Translations under genes and position numbers: made by a program
Notes under the pieces: generated by a model
Told to the model about the DNA's origin: nothing
Databases searched by the model: none
Seen by the model: only the letters and a program-made list of their open reading frames with translations
In this document: positions 29,378-38,168 of the stretch, in pieces
Numbering within the stretch: the stretch's first letter is position 1
How the letters are laid out: each line of letters begins with the position of its first letter
Assembly (NCBI GenBank): GCA_036260395.1
Contig: DASZZY010000011.1
Location: forward strand, 1 to 50,146
DNA: 50,146 bases
Source of the DNA: Actinomycetota bacterium
GTDB lineage: Bacteria > Actinomycetota > UBA4738 > CALAEC01
Direction: 5' to 3'

Positions 29378-30712
29378 GTGGCATTCGCTACGGTCAGCCC
29401 GCCACGATCATCGGGCGTGGCCGGCGAAGTGATCGGACCTCCTGACGCCGATGACCGCCCCCACTCCCTCGAAGGACCACCTGGCCCGGAACGCGCCGTG
29501 ACCGACATCGGCGCGGAGCGCGACGACAGAGCGGACCTCGCCCAACAGCTCCGGTCCGCGGAGCAACGGGAAGCCGCGGTTCGCGAGCTCATGCAGACCA
29601 TGGCGCGGTCGAACTTCGACCTCCAGACGCTCCTCCAGACCGTGACCGATCGGGCGGTCGTCCTCTGCCAGGCGGACACCGGCAACATCGCCCGCCTGGA
29701 CGGGGACGTCTACCGGGTGGCTGCTCTCACCAGCTTCTCGCCGGAGTACGAGCGGCTGGTTCGGCAGCGCATCTATCGCCCGGAGCGCGGGTCACTGATC
29801 GGCCGCACCGTCCTGGAGCGCCGCGTCGTCCACATCCCGGACGTGCTGGAAGACCCGGAGTACTCGCTCGTCGACCTCCAGAAGGCGGGCGGATACCGGA
29901 CCGCGCTCGGCGTGCCGATGCTCGCGCAAGGCTCTGCCATCGGCGCCATCGGCGTCGCGCGGAACGAGGTCCGCCCGTTCAGCGAGGCCGAGATACGACT
30001 CCTCGAGACCTTCGCCGATCAGGTGGTGTTGGCCATCGAGAACGTGCGCCTGTTCCAGACGGTCGAGCGTCAGAGGACGGAGCTCGGGCGGTTCGCGCCA
30101 CAGGTCGCCAGCCTGCTCTCGAGCGACGAGGGGGAGCAGCTCCTGGCCGGGCATCGGCGTGAGATCACGGCGCTGTTCTCCGACCTCCGAGGGTTCACCG
30201 CGTTCGCCGAGACCGCCGAGCCCGAGGAGGTCCTCGGCGTTCTCCGTCAGTACCACGAGGCGGTCGGCGAGCTCGTCGTCGCTCACACCGGCACGATCGA
30301 GCACTTCGCAGGGGATGGGCTGATGGCGTTCTTCAACGATCCCGTCCCCGTCCCGGACCATGAGCTGGCCGCGGTGCGGACCGCGGTCGAGATGCAGCAA
30401 CGGTTCGTGGCCCTGGCGGCCGACTGGGGGAAGCGAGGATACGAGCTGGGCCTGGGCGTCGGGATCGCTTCGGGCTACGCCACGCTCGGCCGCGTCGGCT
30501 TCGAGGGCCGCTACGACTACGCGGCGATCGGGACCGTCGTCAACCTGGCCTCCCGGCTCAGCGATGCGGCGGGTCCCGGCGAGATCCTGGTCAGCCAGCG
30601 GGTGCTCGCCGCGGTCGAGGACCGGGTCGTCACCGAGCCGGCCCGCGAGCTACGGCTGAAGGGGTTCAGCCGCCCCGCCCTGGCCGTCGGGATCAGCGGG
30701 CTCCGCGATTGA
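29378..30712 (+). CDS. GAF domain-containing class III adenylate/guanylate cyclase
   Basis: It has a GAF region (VVLCQADTGNIARLDG...AIGVAR) and a cyclase core (ITALFSDLRGFT, FAGDGLMAFF, GIASGYATLGRVG, VNLASRL). The start is uncertain: GTG 29378 or downstream GTGs. Confidence 0.85.
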   Translation: MAFATVSPPRSSGVAGEVIGPPDADDRPHSLEGPPGPERAVTDIGAERDDRADLAQQLRSAEQREAAVRELMQTMARSNFDLQTLLQTVTDRAVVLCQADTGNIARLDGDVYRVAALTSFSPEYERLVRQRIYRPERGSLIGRTVLERRVVHIPDVLEDPEYSLVDLQKAGGYRTALGVPMLAQGSAIGAIGVARNEVRPFSEAEIRLLETFADQVVLAIENVRLFQTVERQRTELGRFAPQVASLLSSDEGEQLLAGHRREITALFSDLRGFTAFAETAEPEEVLGVLRQYHEAVGELVVAHTGTIEHFAGDGLMAFFNDPVPVPDHELAAVRTAVEMQQRFVALAADWGKRGYELGLGVGIASGYATLGRVGFEGRYDYAAIGTVVNLASRLSDAAGPGEILVSQRVLAAVEDRVVTEPARELRLKGFSRPALAVGISGLRD

Positions 30713-30879
30713 GGCCCGGCTGGCTGTGCGACGCCTTGTCCAGAAGGATCCCGCGCGAGGAGCTGGGAGATTCGAAACCCCTGACCTGGTGCCTGCCGAG
30801 TATGGGCCTGCCGAGCGGTGTGCTACGGGCACAGCCGCAAGCGTGCGCCGAGTTGAGGCCTGTGGTCCCACCCACGCGT

Positions 30880-30903
30880 CCGCCGGGTTCGGCCGGTCGG
30901 CGG
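30880..30903 (-). terminator. GC-rich hairpin downstream of osmC (terminator-like, no U-tract)
   Basis: CCGCCG (30880-30885) pairs with CGGCGG (30898-30903) across a 12-nt loop. The hairpin lies 20 nt past the osmC stop, in a convergent intergenic region. Confidence 0.3.
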
Positions 30904-30922
30904 ATCGGATCAACCGGCGGGG

Positions 30923-31360
30923 CTACGAGCCGGCCAGGCGGGACGTCACCGTCAGCTCGACGTTGCCCTTCAACGCGCCGGAGACGGGGCAGTCGTCCTT
31001 GGCCGTCTCCGCGGCCTGGCGGAAGCGCCCCTCGTCGACGTCGGGGACGTCGCCCACCACGTCGAGGGCCGACGTGGTGATCCCCTCCCCCGGCACGAAC
31101 GTCACCGTCGCGGACACGCTCAGCTTCTGGGGAGGCGTGCCCTGCTTGGCCAGGATGTTCGATAGCGCCATCGAGAAGCACGAGGCGTGCGCCGCCGCGA
31201 TCAGCTCCTCGGGGCTGGTGAGATCCCCCTGCTCGCCGGTCCTCGCCGGCCACGAGACGCCGAGCGATCCCAGGGCGCCGCTACCCACCCGCTCGATCGT
31301 GCCGCTCCCGGTGGGCAGGTCCCCCCGCCAGGTCACCTCCGCACGCTTCTCCGCCGCCAT
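30923..31360 (-). CDS. osmC: OsmC-family peroxiredoxin
   Basis: 145 aa with the two conserved Cys contexts AAHASCF and KDDCPVS. Confidence 0.88.
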   Translation of the reverse strand: MAAEKRAEVTWRGDLPTGSGTIERVGSGALGSLGVSWPARTGEQGDLTSPEELIAAAHASCFSMALSNILAKQGTPPQKLSVSATVTFVPGEGITTSALDVVGDVPDVDEGRFRQAAETAKDDCPVSGALKGNVELTVTSRLAGS

Positions 31361-31452
31361 GGGTCCTCCTCCTTCTTCGGGGGCTCAGCCCCGGGGACGA
31401 CCGGGCCGGCCATCCGCGGGCTGGCGGTCGCCGCTCGGCACGCCGGGAACCG

Positions 31453-32082
31453 TCACTCCTCGCGGCCGACGACGCACCAGATCGCGTGCACCGGTTCGTC
31501 GCCGATGGTCCACAGCCGGTGCGGCTGTGTGGAGTTGAACGCGATGGAATCCCCCGGCCCGAGGGTATGGCTCCGGAACCCGATCTGGAGCCCAAGCCGG
31601 CCGGAGATGACGTAGCCGTACTCCTTCCCGGAATGGCGCATCAACGTGGCGTTCCCCGCCGAGGCGCCTCCCACGTCGTAGACGACGTACATGAAGTCGA
31701 CCTCGTCCTCCGGATACCCCGTGAGCCGCTCCCACCGGACGCCCGACTCCAGCTCGATGACGTGGCGGTCCTCCGGGTGGACGACGGTCCCCCGGCCGAC
31801 GCCCGGTCCTGGGGCCGACTCGGGAGCCGCGCGGCCGGACCCGGTGTCGTCGTCTGTCCCGCGGAACAGCCGGTCCAGTGAGAGGTGGAGCTCGGTGACG
31901 ATCGCGTACAGCGTGCTGACCGAGGGCTTCGACCGTCCCGTCTCGATCTGCGAGATCAGGCTCGGGGACAGCCCCAGGCGAGCGGCCAGCTCCCGCTGGC
32001 TGATGCCCTGACGCTGGCGCTCCTCCCGGAGCTGCTCGCCGACGTCGCCGAAATGTCCGGGGAGTTGGGATTCTCGCTCCAC
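31453..32082 (-). CDS. XRE-family HTH + cupin domain transcriptional regulator
   Basis: The HTH is GISQRELAARLGLSPSLISQIETGRSKPSVSTL. A C-terminal cupin follows (GKEYGYVISGRLGLQIG...GDSIAF). The start is set at GTG 32082. The frame is open upstream into amidohydrolase remnants. Confidence 0.8.
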   Translation of the reverse strand: MERESQLPGHFGDVGEQLREERQRQGISQRELAARLGLSPSLISQIETGRSKPSVSTLYAIVTELHLSLDRLFRGTDDDTGSGRAAPESAPGPGVGRGTVVHPEDRHVIELESGVRWERLTGYPEDEVDFMYVVYDVGGASAGNATLMRHSGKEYGYVISGRLGLQIGFRSHTLGPGDSIAFNSTQPHRLWTIGDEPVHAIWCVVGREE

Positions 32083-33216
32083 GGCGCGGAGTGTACCAGC
32101 CGGGCCACTCCCGACGCCGGAACGCCTCACTCCGCCTTGGCCACGTCGCTGCTCGAGCAGGTAGTCGCGGGACTCCTCGACGAGCCGCCGGGCCTTGGCC
32201 ACGTCGGCCACCAGCTTGCCATCCCGCTTCTGGACCCGCCCGTCGATGATCACGGTCTCCACGTTCGAGACGTCCGCGGGGAGCGCCACCGCAGCCACCG
32301 GATCCATCACCGGTGCCACGTTGATCGCCGTGGCGTCGATCACCACGACGTCGGCCTTCTTCCCCGGCGTGAGGGACCCGATCCGGTCCTCGAGCCCCGC
32401 CACGTGCGCACCGTCGATCGTGGCCATCTCCAGGAGCCGCTCCTCGGTCAGCAGGTTCTCGGCCGGCTGGTCGGCCTTCCAGAACACTCCCAGCGGCCTG
32501 GCCCGCTCGCAGCCGAACGCGCACCGCATCTGGGTGAACATGTCGCCGGGAACGGTGGTGACCACGTCGATGCTCAAGCTGGGACGGAGCCCGTGCTCGT
32601 ACGCCTTCATCACCGGCGGCCAGCCGTGACCCATCTGGACCTCCACCTGAGGGGAGATCGAGATCGTCCCCCGGCTGTCGGCGACCAGCTGCCACTCCTC
32701 GTCGGTCAGGTAGCAGCAGTGGCGGACGTCGTCGGCGGGGATGACGATCGTTCTCGAACCAGTAGTCGGTGAGGGAGAGGTTCGCGCTCCCGGACGCGTA
32801 CTGGGCGCGGATCCCGCTCTCCTAGAGCCCGTTGATCGCGGCGTCGGGGTGCTCGGCCGTGTTGTTGATGTGCGACCAGTCGACCAGCGTGGTGATCCCG
32901 GCGTTGATGCACTCGAGCGCCCCGGCCAGGTTGCTCGCGTACACGTCTTGGGGACGGTACAGCGGCGCGAACGTGTCCAGGATCTCCACGAAGTAGTCGT
33001 CCAGCGTCGCGTTGCCCGCCGATCCCGGGATCGCCGTCTCCCACGTGTGCCGGTGGGTGTCCACGAACCCCGGGATCACGATGCGCCCCGACGCGTCGAT
33101 CACCTCGGCGTCGGTCTCGATGTCGGGCGCCACCCCGGCGATGTGTCGCCCTCGATCAGGACGTCGCCCTTCGGCAGGTCACCGATCTCCGGGTCCATCG
33201 TCAGGAGAAGGTTGCC
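32083..33216 (-). pseudogene. Decayed metal-dependent amidohydrolase (cytosine/guanine-deaminase-like superfamily)
   Basis: Homologous pieces lie in three frames. [22 protein letters not shown] is followed by a frameshift near 33145. Next comes (H)[35 protein letters not shown]...AINGL. An in-frame TAG (32824..32822) is then followed by ESGIRAQYASGSANLSLTDYWFEN. After a frame change/deletion near 32750 comes DDVRHCCYLTDEEWQLVADSRGTISISPQVEVQMGHGWPP...TIDGAHVAGLEDRIGSLTPGKKADVVVID. There is no usable start and no in-frame stop before the regulator. Confidence 0.75.
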
Positions 33217-34126
33217 CCGACGCCGGGGTATCGCGGCCGGGGGGCCGGTCCGGCAGCCCAGCCATCCGGCGAAGCACGCGGAACAGGACCGCGAAATCCT
33301 CGTCCTCCAGCCCCATGGCCCGGGCCGAGGTGAGGATCTCGTTCCCGAGCGCGGTGATAGGGAGCGGCACGTCGAGCTCCCGGCCGGCGTCCAGCGCCAG
33401 GAGCAGGTCCTTCTGCATCATGTTCACGTTGAACCAGGCCTCCTCCGGGAGCTCCAGGAGGAACCGGCCCCGGTACCGCATCATCTCCGAGGCGATGACC
33501 GTGTCCAGCAGCGCCTCGACGGCCGTCTCCGGCGGGATCCCTCCCTTCTCCGCGAGGAGGACCGCCTCGCTGAGCGCCATGATCTGCGCGGTGAGGTTGA
33601 GGTTGTGGGCGATCTTCATGAGGAGCGCGTGGCCGGAGCCGCCCACGCGGGTCACGGTCGGCCCCACCTCCAGGAGCAGGGGACGGACCCGCTCGAACGC
33701 CTCTTCGTCGCCGCCGACGAAGATCGCCAGCTCGCCCTTCTCCAAGGTGCTCACGCTGCCCGACACCGGAGCGTCCAGCATCCGACCCCCCGCGGCGGCC
33801 ACCCGCTCGGCGATCTCCCGGCTCACCGCCGGACTCACCGTGCTCATGTCCGCGTACACCGCGCCGGGGCGGAGACCGGCCAGGATGCCGTCGGGGCCCT
33901 CGACCACCGATCGCAGGGCCTCGGTATCCGCCACCATGCTGAACACGACCTCGGACGCTTCTGCGGCCGCCCGAGGGGTATCCACCGGCGTCATCCCGCG
34001 GTCGGCCAGCCACTGGGCCCTCGCCGGGGTGCGGTTGTACCCCGCGACGGCGTGGCCCGCGGCCAGCAGCCGCTCGGCGATCCGGCCCCCCATGACGCCG
34101 AGCCCGACGAACCCGATCTCGGTCAC
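33179..34126 (-). CDS. NAD(P)-dependent oxidoreductase, 3-hydroxyisobutyrate/6-phosphogluconate dehydrogenase-like
   Basis: GTG 34126 gives VTEIGFVGLGVMGGRIAERL (Rossmann GxGxxG). The Pro/Gly-rich tail of about 25 aa overlaps the amidohydrolase remnant. Confidence 0.8.
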   Translation of the reverse strand: MTEIGFVGLGVMGGRIAERLLAAGHAVAGYNRTPARAQWLADRGMTPVDTPRAAAEASEVVFSMVADTEALRSVVEGPDGILAGLRPGAVYADMSTVSPAVSREIAERVAAAGGRMLDAPVSGSVSTLEKGELAIFVGGDEEAFERVRPLLLEVGPTVTRVGGSGHALLMKIAHNLNLTAQIMALSEAVLLAEKGGIPPETAVEALLDTVIASEMMRYRGRFLLELPEEAWFNVNMMQKDLLLALDAGRELDVPLPITALGNEILTSARAMGLEDEDFAVLFRVLRRMAGLPDRPPGRDTPASGQPSPDDGPGDR

Positions 34127-34486
34127 GAGCCCCGTTGTCGTTCGGCCATCGGAAGCACTCCGGCAGGGGCCGGGGAGGTCCGCCGTTCCGCTGGATGGTG
34201 GTTTCCCGGCGTCGGGCGATCGGACCACTCCCCCGTCGACGCTGTCAAGTCACCGGCCCTGGGGATGCCTCGCGTCCCGTGGATCGAGGCGCTATCGTTT
34301 GATGGCTCATGCTTCGCGGATCACCTCCCGCTCTCGCGCCCGCGCTCGGCCGTTTCCCCGGTGTGCGACCCTCTTCTGTAGGTGGCCTGTTCCCCGCCCG
34401 GTGATGGCCTGCGGGGATAGCGGCTCGGTCACCCTTCCGGCAACCAGGGCTGGCCGCCGGGCCGCCGCCAGAGCGGAGGATGCACG

Positions 34487-35479
34487 GTGACCGGCGCCGT
34501 GTGGGCCGCGCTGTCGGGGATCGGCTTCGGCCTGTTCCAGTCGATCAACCGCCGCACGCTCGAGCGGATGGACGTCTACCGCTCGACGTTCCTGCTGCTG
34601 GTGATCAGCACCGCTGTCCTGATCGTGATCACGGGCGTGGTGGACGACCTCTCGCTCATCGCCGACGCGCCGGCATGGTCGTTGTTCAACTTCGCGCTCG
34701 CGGGGTTGATCCACTTCTATGTGGGGTGGACGCTGCTGAACGCCAGCCAGAAGCGCATCGGCGCGGCCAAGACCAGCCCCCTGATATCGACGAACCCCCT
34801 GTTCGGCACGCTGATCGCCGCACTCACCGTCCAGCAGCTCCCCCGCACGCTCACGCTGATCGGCCTGTTCGTGATGATGGCGGGCGTCTACGTGGTGGCC
34901 GCGGAGCAGCAGCGGGAGGCTCGCCGAGAAGCGGTCCAGCCGGCGGCGGTCCCGCCCGTCGCGGGAGCGGCCGCCCCCGGATCGCCGCCGGGCACCCGCG
35001 GCGGCCTGGCTGGGGCGATCCGCTCACGATCCGACCTGCTCGCCGGTTCGGCGTTCGGGCTGGGAACCGCGCTGGCGTGGGCAGTGAGCCCGCTCCCGAT
35101 CGTGGAGGGCCTGAAGGGCCTCCCGTCGCCGCTGGTCGGGGTCTCGGTGAGCATGGTGGCGGCGGTCGTCGCCTACTCCATCTCGCTGCTGATCCGCCGG
35201 CAGGCCGGGATCGGCGCCAAGGCGGAGTGGGGCCGGGGCGCCTGGGGATGGAAGGCCATGGCCGGCCTGGTGGTGGCCCTGGCCACCTGGTTCCGCTGGC
35301 AGGCGCTGGACCACAGCAGCATCGCCGTGGTCCTGGCACTGAGCCTCCTGGCCGTGCCCACCGTGATGGTGCTGGCGCCAATCATCTCGGGCCGCCACCT
35401 GGAGCGGGTGACGCCCACGTTGTGGTTCGGGGCCGCGCTCGTCGTCGGCGGCGGGCTGATGCTGATCCTGAACCCGTAG
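34487..35479 (+). CDS. EamA/DMT-family transporter
   Basis: 330 aa with a GTG start. Two EamA-like halves are joined by an Ala/Pro-rich linker. Confidence 0.75.
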   Translation: MTGAVWAALSGIGFGLFQSINRRTLERMDVYRSTFLLLVISTAVLIVITGVVDDLSLIADAPAWSLFNFALAGLIHFYVGWTLLNASQKRIGAAKTSPLISTNPLFGTLIAALTVQQLPRTLTLIGLFVMMAGVYVVAAEQQREARREAVQPAAVPPVAGAAAPGSPPGTRGGLAGAIRSRSDLLAGSAFGLGTALAWAVSPLPIVEGLKGLPSPLVGVSVSMVAAVVAYSISLLIRRQAGIGAKAEWGRGAWGWKAMAGLVVALATWFRWQALDHSSIAVVLALSLLAVPTVMVLAPIISGRHLERVTPTLWFGAALVVGGGLMLILNP

Positions 35480-35519
35480 TCGCCGGCCGCCGTCGCGAGA
35501 TCGGCCGAGGCCGGCCGCC

Positions 35520-36623
35520 TCAGCTCTGCGGCGCGGTGACCTCCGCCAGATCCTCCGCGGCCGGGTCGGCCACCAGCCCCTCCGGGACCGTGTCCGGTGC
35601 CCGGTCCCGGCCGGCGCGCGCGGCCGAGCGGGCGACCGGGGCGGCCGCTCCGTCCGCCACCGCGCCCACGGACGGCTCCGACGGGTGAACGTCGAACGAG
35701 AACACGTCCATGCGCTGGTAGTGCCCGGCGTAGTCGTGGACCAGCTTGGCCCGGACCATCTGGGTCAGGTCCGCGTCGGCGTAGATGATCTCGTCGCCCC
35801 CGCCGGCCGGCCCGGCGATGATCTCGCCGGAGGGTGCGATGATCGTCGAGCCCCCCAGGCTGGCCGGGTCGGCCAGGTACCGGCGGTCCCGCTCCGACAG
35901 CGCCATCCGCTCGGTGACGTCGGGGGTGATCGTGCCGCACGCGTTGATCACGAAGCACTTCGCCATGTAGGCGATGGCCCGTCCGGTAAGGATCCCGGTC
36001 TCCGACATCGGCGTGGACCACCCCGGGTAGAAGTAGTGGGGCCAGCTGGAGACGTGCACCCGGACGTGCTGCGTCACCAGGCGGTGGATGGCCAGGGGGT
36101 TCGAGGCCTCCCCGCAGATCAGGCCGCCGGCCGGCCCGAAATCCATGGGGAACGTCCGCATGCCCTCGCCCGAGCCCGGCGCATGGACCAGGCGCTCCCC
36201 CACGGTGGGGACCAGCTTCTGGTGGACTCCCAGGATCCGGCCCTCGCGGCTGATGTAGAGCTGGCTGTTCCACATCGTCCCCGACGTGCCGGGCTGCCGC
36301 TGGCACATCCCCATCACCACGTTCACGTTGGCCGCCAGGGCGGCCTGGCACAGGGCATCGGTGGCCGGGCTGGGAACCTCCACAGCGTTCAGGAACAGCC
36401 GCTCGGCGAACGCGAAGCTCTCGTCGCTGGTCGCCGGGAAGTGGTAGTACCAGATGGGGTGGGCGGGGAGGAAGCCCTCGGGGAACCCCACGATGTCGGC
36501 TCCGCCCCGGCCGGCCTCCCGGATCACCTCGCAGGCTTTCTCCACCGTCGCTTCCCGGTCCAGGAACACGGGTGCCACCTGCGCGGCAGCCAGCCGGATG
36601 GTCGGGAACTCCTCGTTCGGCAT
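35520..36623 (-). CDS. Carbon-nitrogen hydrolase (nitrilase-superfamily) enzyme
   Basis: 367 aa. The E-K-C triad contexts are GFPEGF, VHQKLVP and GGLICGEA. It has a low-complexity C-terminal tail of about 55 aa. Confidence 0.8.
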   Translation of the reverse strand: MPNEEFPTIRLAAAQVAPVFLDREATVEKACEVIREAGRGGADIVGFPEGFLPAHPIWYYHFPATSDESFAFAERLFLNAVEVPSPATDALCQAALAANVNVVMGMCQRQPGTSGTMWNSQLYISREGRILGVHQKLVPTVGERLVHAPGSGEGMRTFPMDFGPAGGLICGEASNPLAIHRLVTQHVRVHVSSWPHYFYPGWSTPMSETGILTGRAIAYMAKCFVINACGTITPDVTERMALSERDRRYLADPASLGGSTIIAPSGEIIAGPAGGGDEIIYADADLTQMVRAKLVHDYAGHYQRMDVFSFDVHPSEPSVGAVADGAAAPVARSAARAGRDRAPDTVPEGLVADPAAEDLAEVTAPQS

Positions 36624-36668
36624 GTCGGATCTCCTTCCGGTCGTCGTGGGCGATCCCGTGTCCTCAGG

Positions 36669-38168
36669 CTACCGGAGGACGAACGGGTCCCCCATCGGCT
36701 CCTCCGACGTCTCGATCCAGACGCTCTTCGTCTGCGTGAACTCCAGCAGGCCCTCGCGTCCGAGCTCCCGGCCGTAGCCGCTCAGCTTCCGGCCGCCGAA
36801 CGGCGAGGCGTAGCTCAGCGCCCGGTACGTGTTGACCCACACGAAGCTGGCCTCGAGCGCGTCCGCCATCCGATGCGCGCGGTTCAGGTCCCGGGTCCAC
36901 AGCCCGGCGGCCAGCCCGAACGGCGAGTCGTTGGCGATGGCGACCGCCTGGTCCTCGTCGGAGAACCGGATCACGCTCAGCACCGGGCCGAACAGCTCCT
37001 CGCGGGCCACCCGCATGTCGTTGCTGACGTTGTCGAGGACGGTCGGCGGGAAGAACCACCCGGCCCGGTCGGCTACGGTATCCAGGTCGGCACCGGCGGT
37101 CGGCACCGCGCCGACGGCGACCGCCTCGCGCACCCGCTCGCCGACCCGGTCGCGGAGGGCCGATTGGGCCACCGGGCCCATCTCCGTCTCATCCTCCAGC
37201 GGGTCACCGAGCACGATCGTCCTGGCCCGCGCGGAGACCGCTTCCACCACCCGGTCCGCGACATCCTCGTGGACGAGCAGACGCGACCCCGCCAGGCAGG
37301 TCTGGCCGGCGGCGGCGAAGATCCCGGCGATCACGCCGTTCGCGGCGGAGGACACGTCGGCGTCCGGGAAGATGATGTTGGCCGACTTCCCCCCGAGCTC
37401 CAGGATCGTCGGCTTCACCCCCTCGGCGGCTCGAGCGGCCACCCGCTTGGCCGTCTCCACGCCGCCGGTGAACACGACCTTGCGGACCTCCGGGTGGCCG
37501 ACCAGGGCGTCGCCGGCCTCGTGCCCCAAGCCCGTGACCACGTTGACCACCCCGGGCGGGAACCCGGCCTCGTCGAACAGCCGGGCGAACAGCACCACGG
37601 CGGCCGAGGCGTGCTCCGACGGCTTGACGACCGCGGTGTTCCCCGCCGCCAGCGCGGGCGCCAACGCGAACGATGTGAGGAGGATGGGGCTGTTGAACGG
37701 GGGGATGATGGCCACCACGCCGTACGGATCGCGTCGCGTGTAGTTGAACACCGTCGGCTTGTCGAGCGGGATCACCGAACCCTGGAGGCCGTGGGTCTGC
37801 CCGGCGAAGTACCGGTACCACCGGGGGAGCCCCTGCATCTGCCCCCGCATCTCGCGGATCACCTTGCCGATGTCCATGGACTCCAGTCGGGCCAGCTCCT
37901 CGGCGTGCTGGGCGATGACGTCGCCAAGCCGCCACAGCAGCTCCGCTCGAGCGGACGGGATGGTCTTCGCCCACCCGGGGAAGGCCGTGGCGGCCGCGGA
38001 GACCGCCTGGTCGACGTCGGGCTCGGTGCCCCGAGCGATCTCTCCCCAGGGCTCCGCCGTCACGGGGTTGTACGTGGGCAGGTACTCGCCCTTCGCGGGA
38101 GCGACGTCCTGTCCGCCGATCCGGTGCTGGAACCGTTCCATGGCGCTCTCCTCCGACTCGTCGGTCAC
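36669..38168 (-). CDS. NAD(P)-dependent aldehyde dehydrogenase
   Basis: 499 aa with ELGGKSANIIF (catalytic Glu), AGQTCLAGSR (catalytic Cys) and EELFGPV. The GTG start forms a GTGA overlap with the upstream stop. Confidence 0.92.
   Translation of the reverse strand: MTDESEESAMERFQHRIGGQDVAPAKGEYLPTYNPVTAEPWGEIARGTEPDVDQAVSAAATAFPGWAKTIPSARAELLWRLGDVIAQHAEELARLESMDIGKVIREMRGQMQGLPRWYRYFAGQTHGLQGSVIPLDKPTVFNYTRRDPYGVVAIIPPFNSPILLTSFALAPALAAGNTAVVKPSEHASAAVVLFARLFDEAGFPPGVVNVVTGLGHEAGDALVGHPEVRKVVFTGGVETAKRVAARAAEGVKPTILELGGKSANIIFPDADVSSAANGVIAGIFAAAGQTCLAGSRLLVHEDVADRVVEAVSARARTIVLGDPLEDETEMGPVAQSALRDRVGERVREAVAVGAVPTAGADLDTVADRAGWFFPPTVLDNVSNDMRVAREELFGPVLSVIRFSDEDQAVAIANDSPFGLAAGLWTRDLNRAHRMADALEASFVWVNTYRALSYASPFGGRKLSGYGRELGREGLLEFTQTKSVWIETSEEPMGDPFVLR

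Noticed and set aside
30755-30800. A tRNA-like T-loop motif (minus strand GGGGTTTCGAATCTCCC) and a nearby ...GGCAGGCACCA that looks like a tRNA 3' end.
   Set aside because: I could not build a 5-bp T-stem, an acceptor stem adjacent to it, or D/anticodon arms in either orientation. It is not callable as a tRNA by eye and is kept only as part of the intergenic-region finding.
32822-32824. An in-frame TAG inside the amidohydrolase as possible programmed read-through or pyrrolysine.
   Set aside because: The same gene has at least two frame disruptions and no start codon. No pyl genes or other in-frame TAGs are seen in the window. Ordinary gene decay is the simpler explanation.
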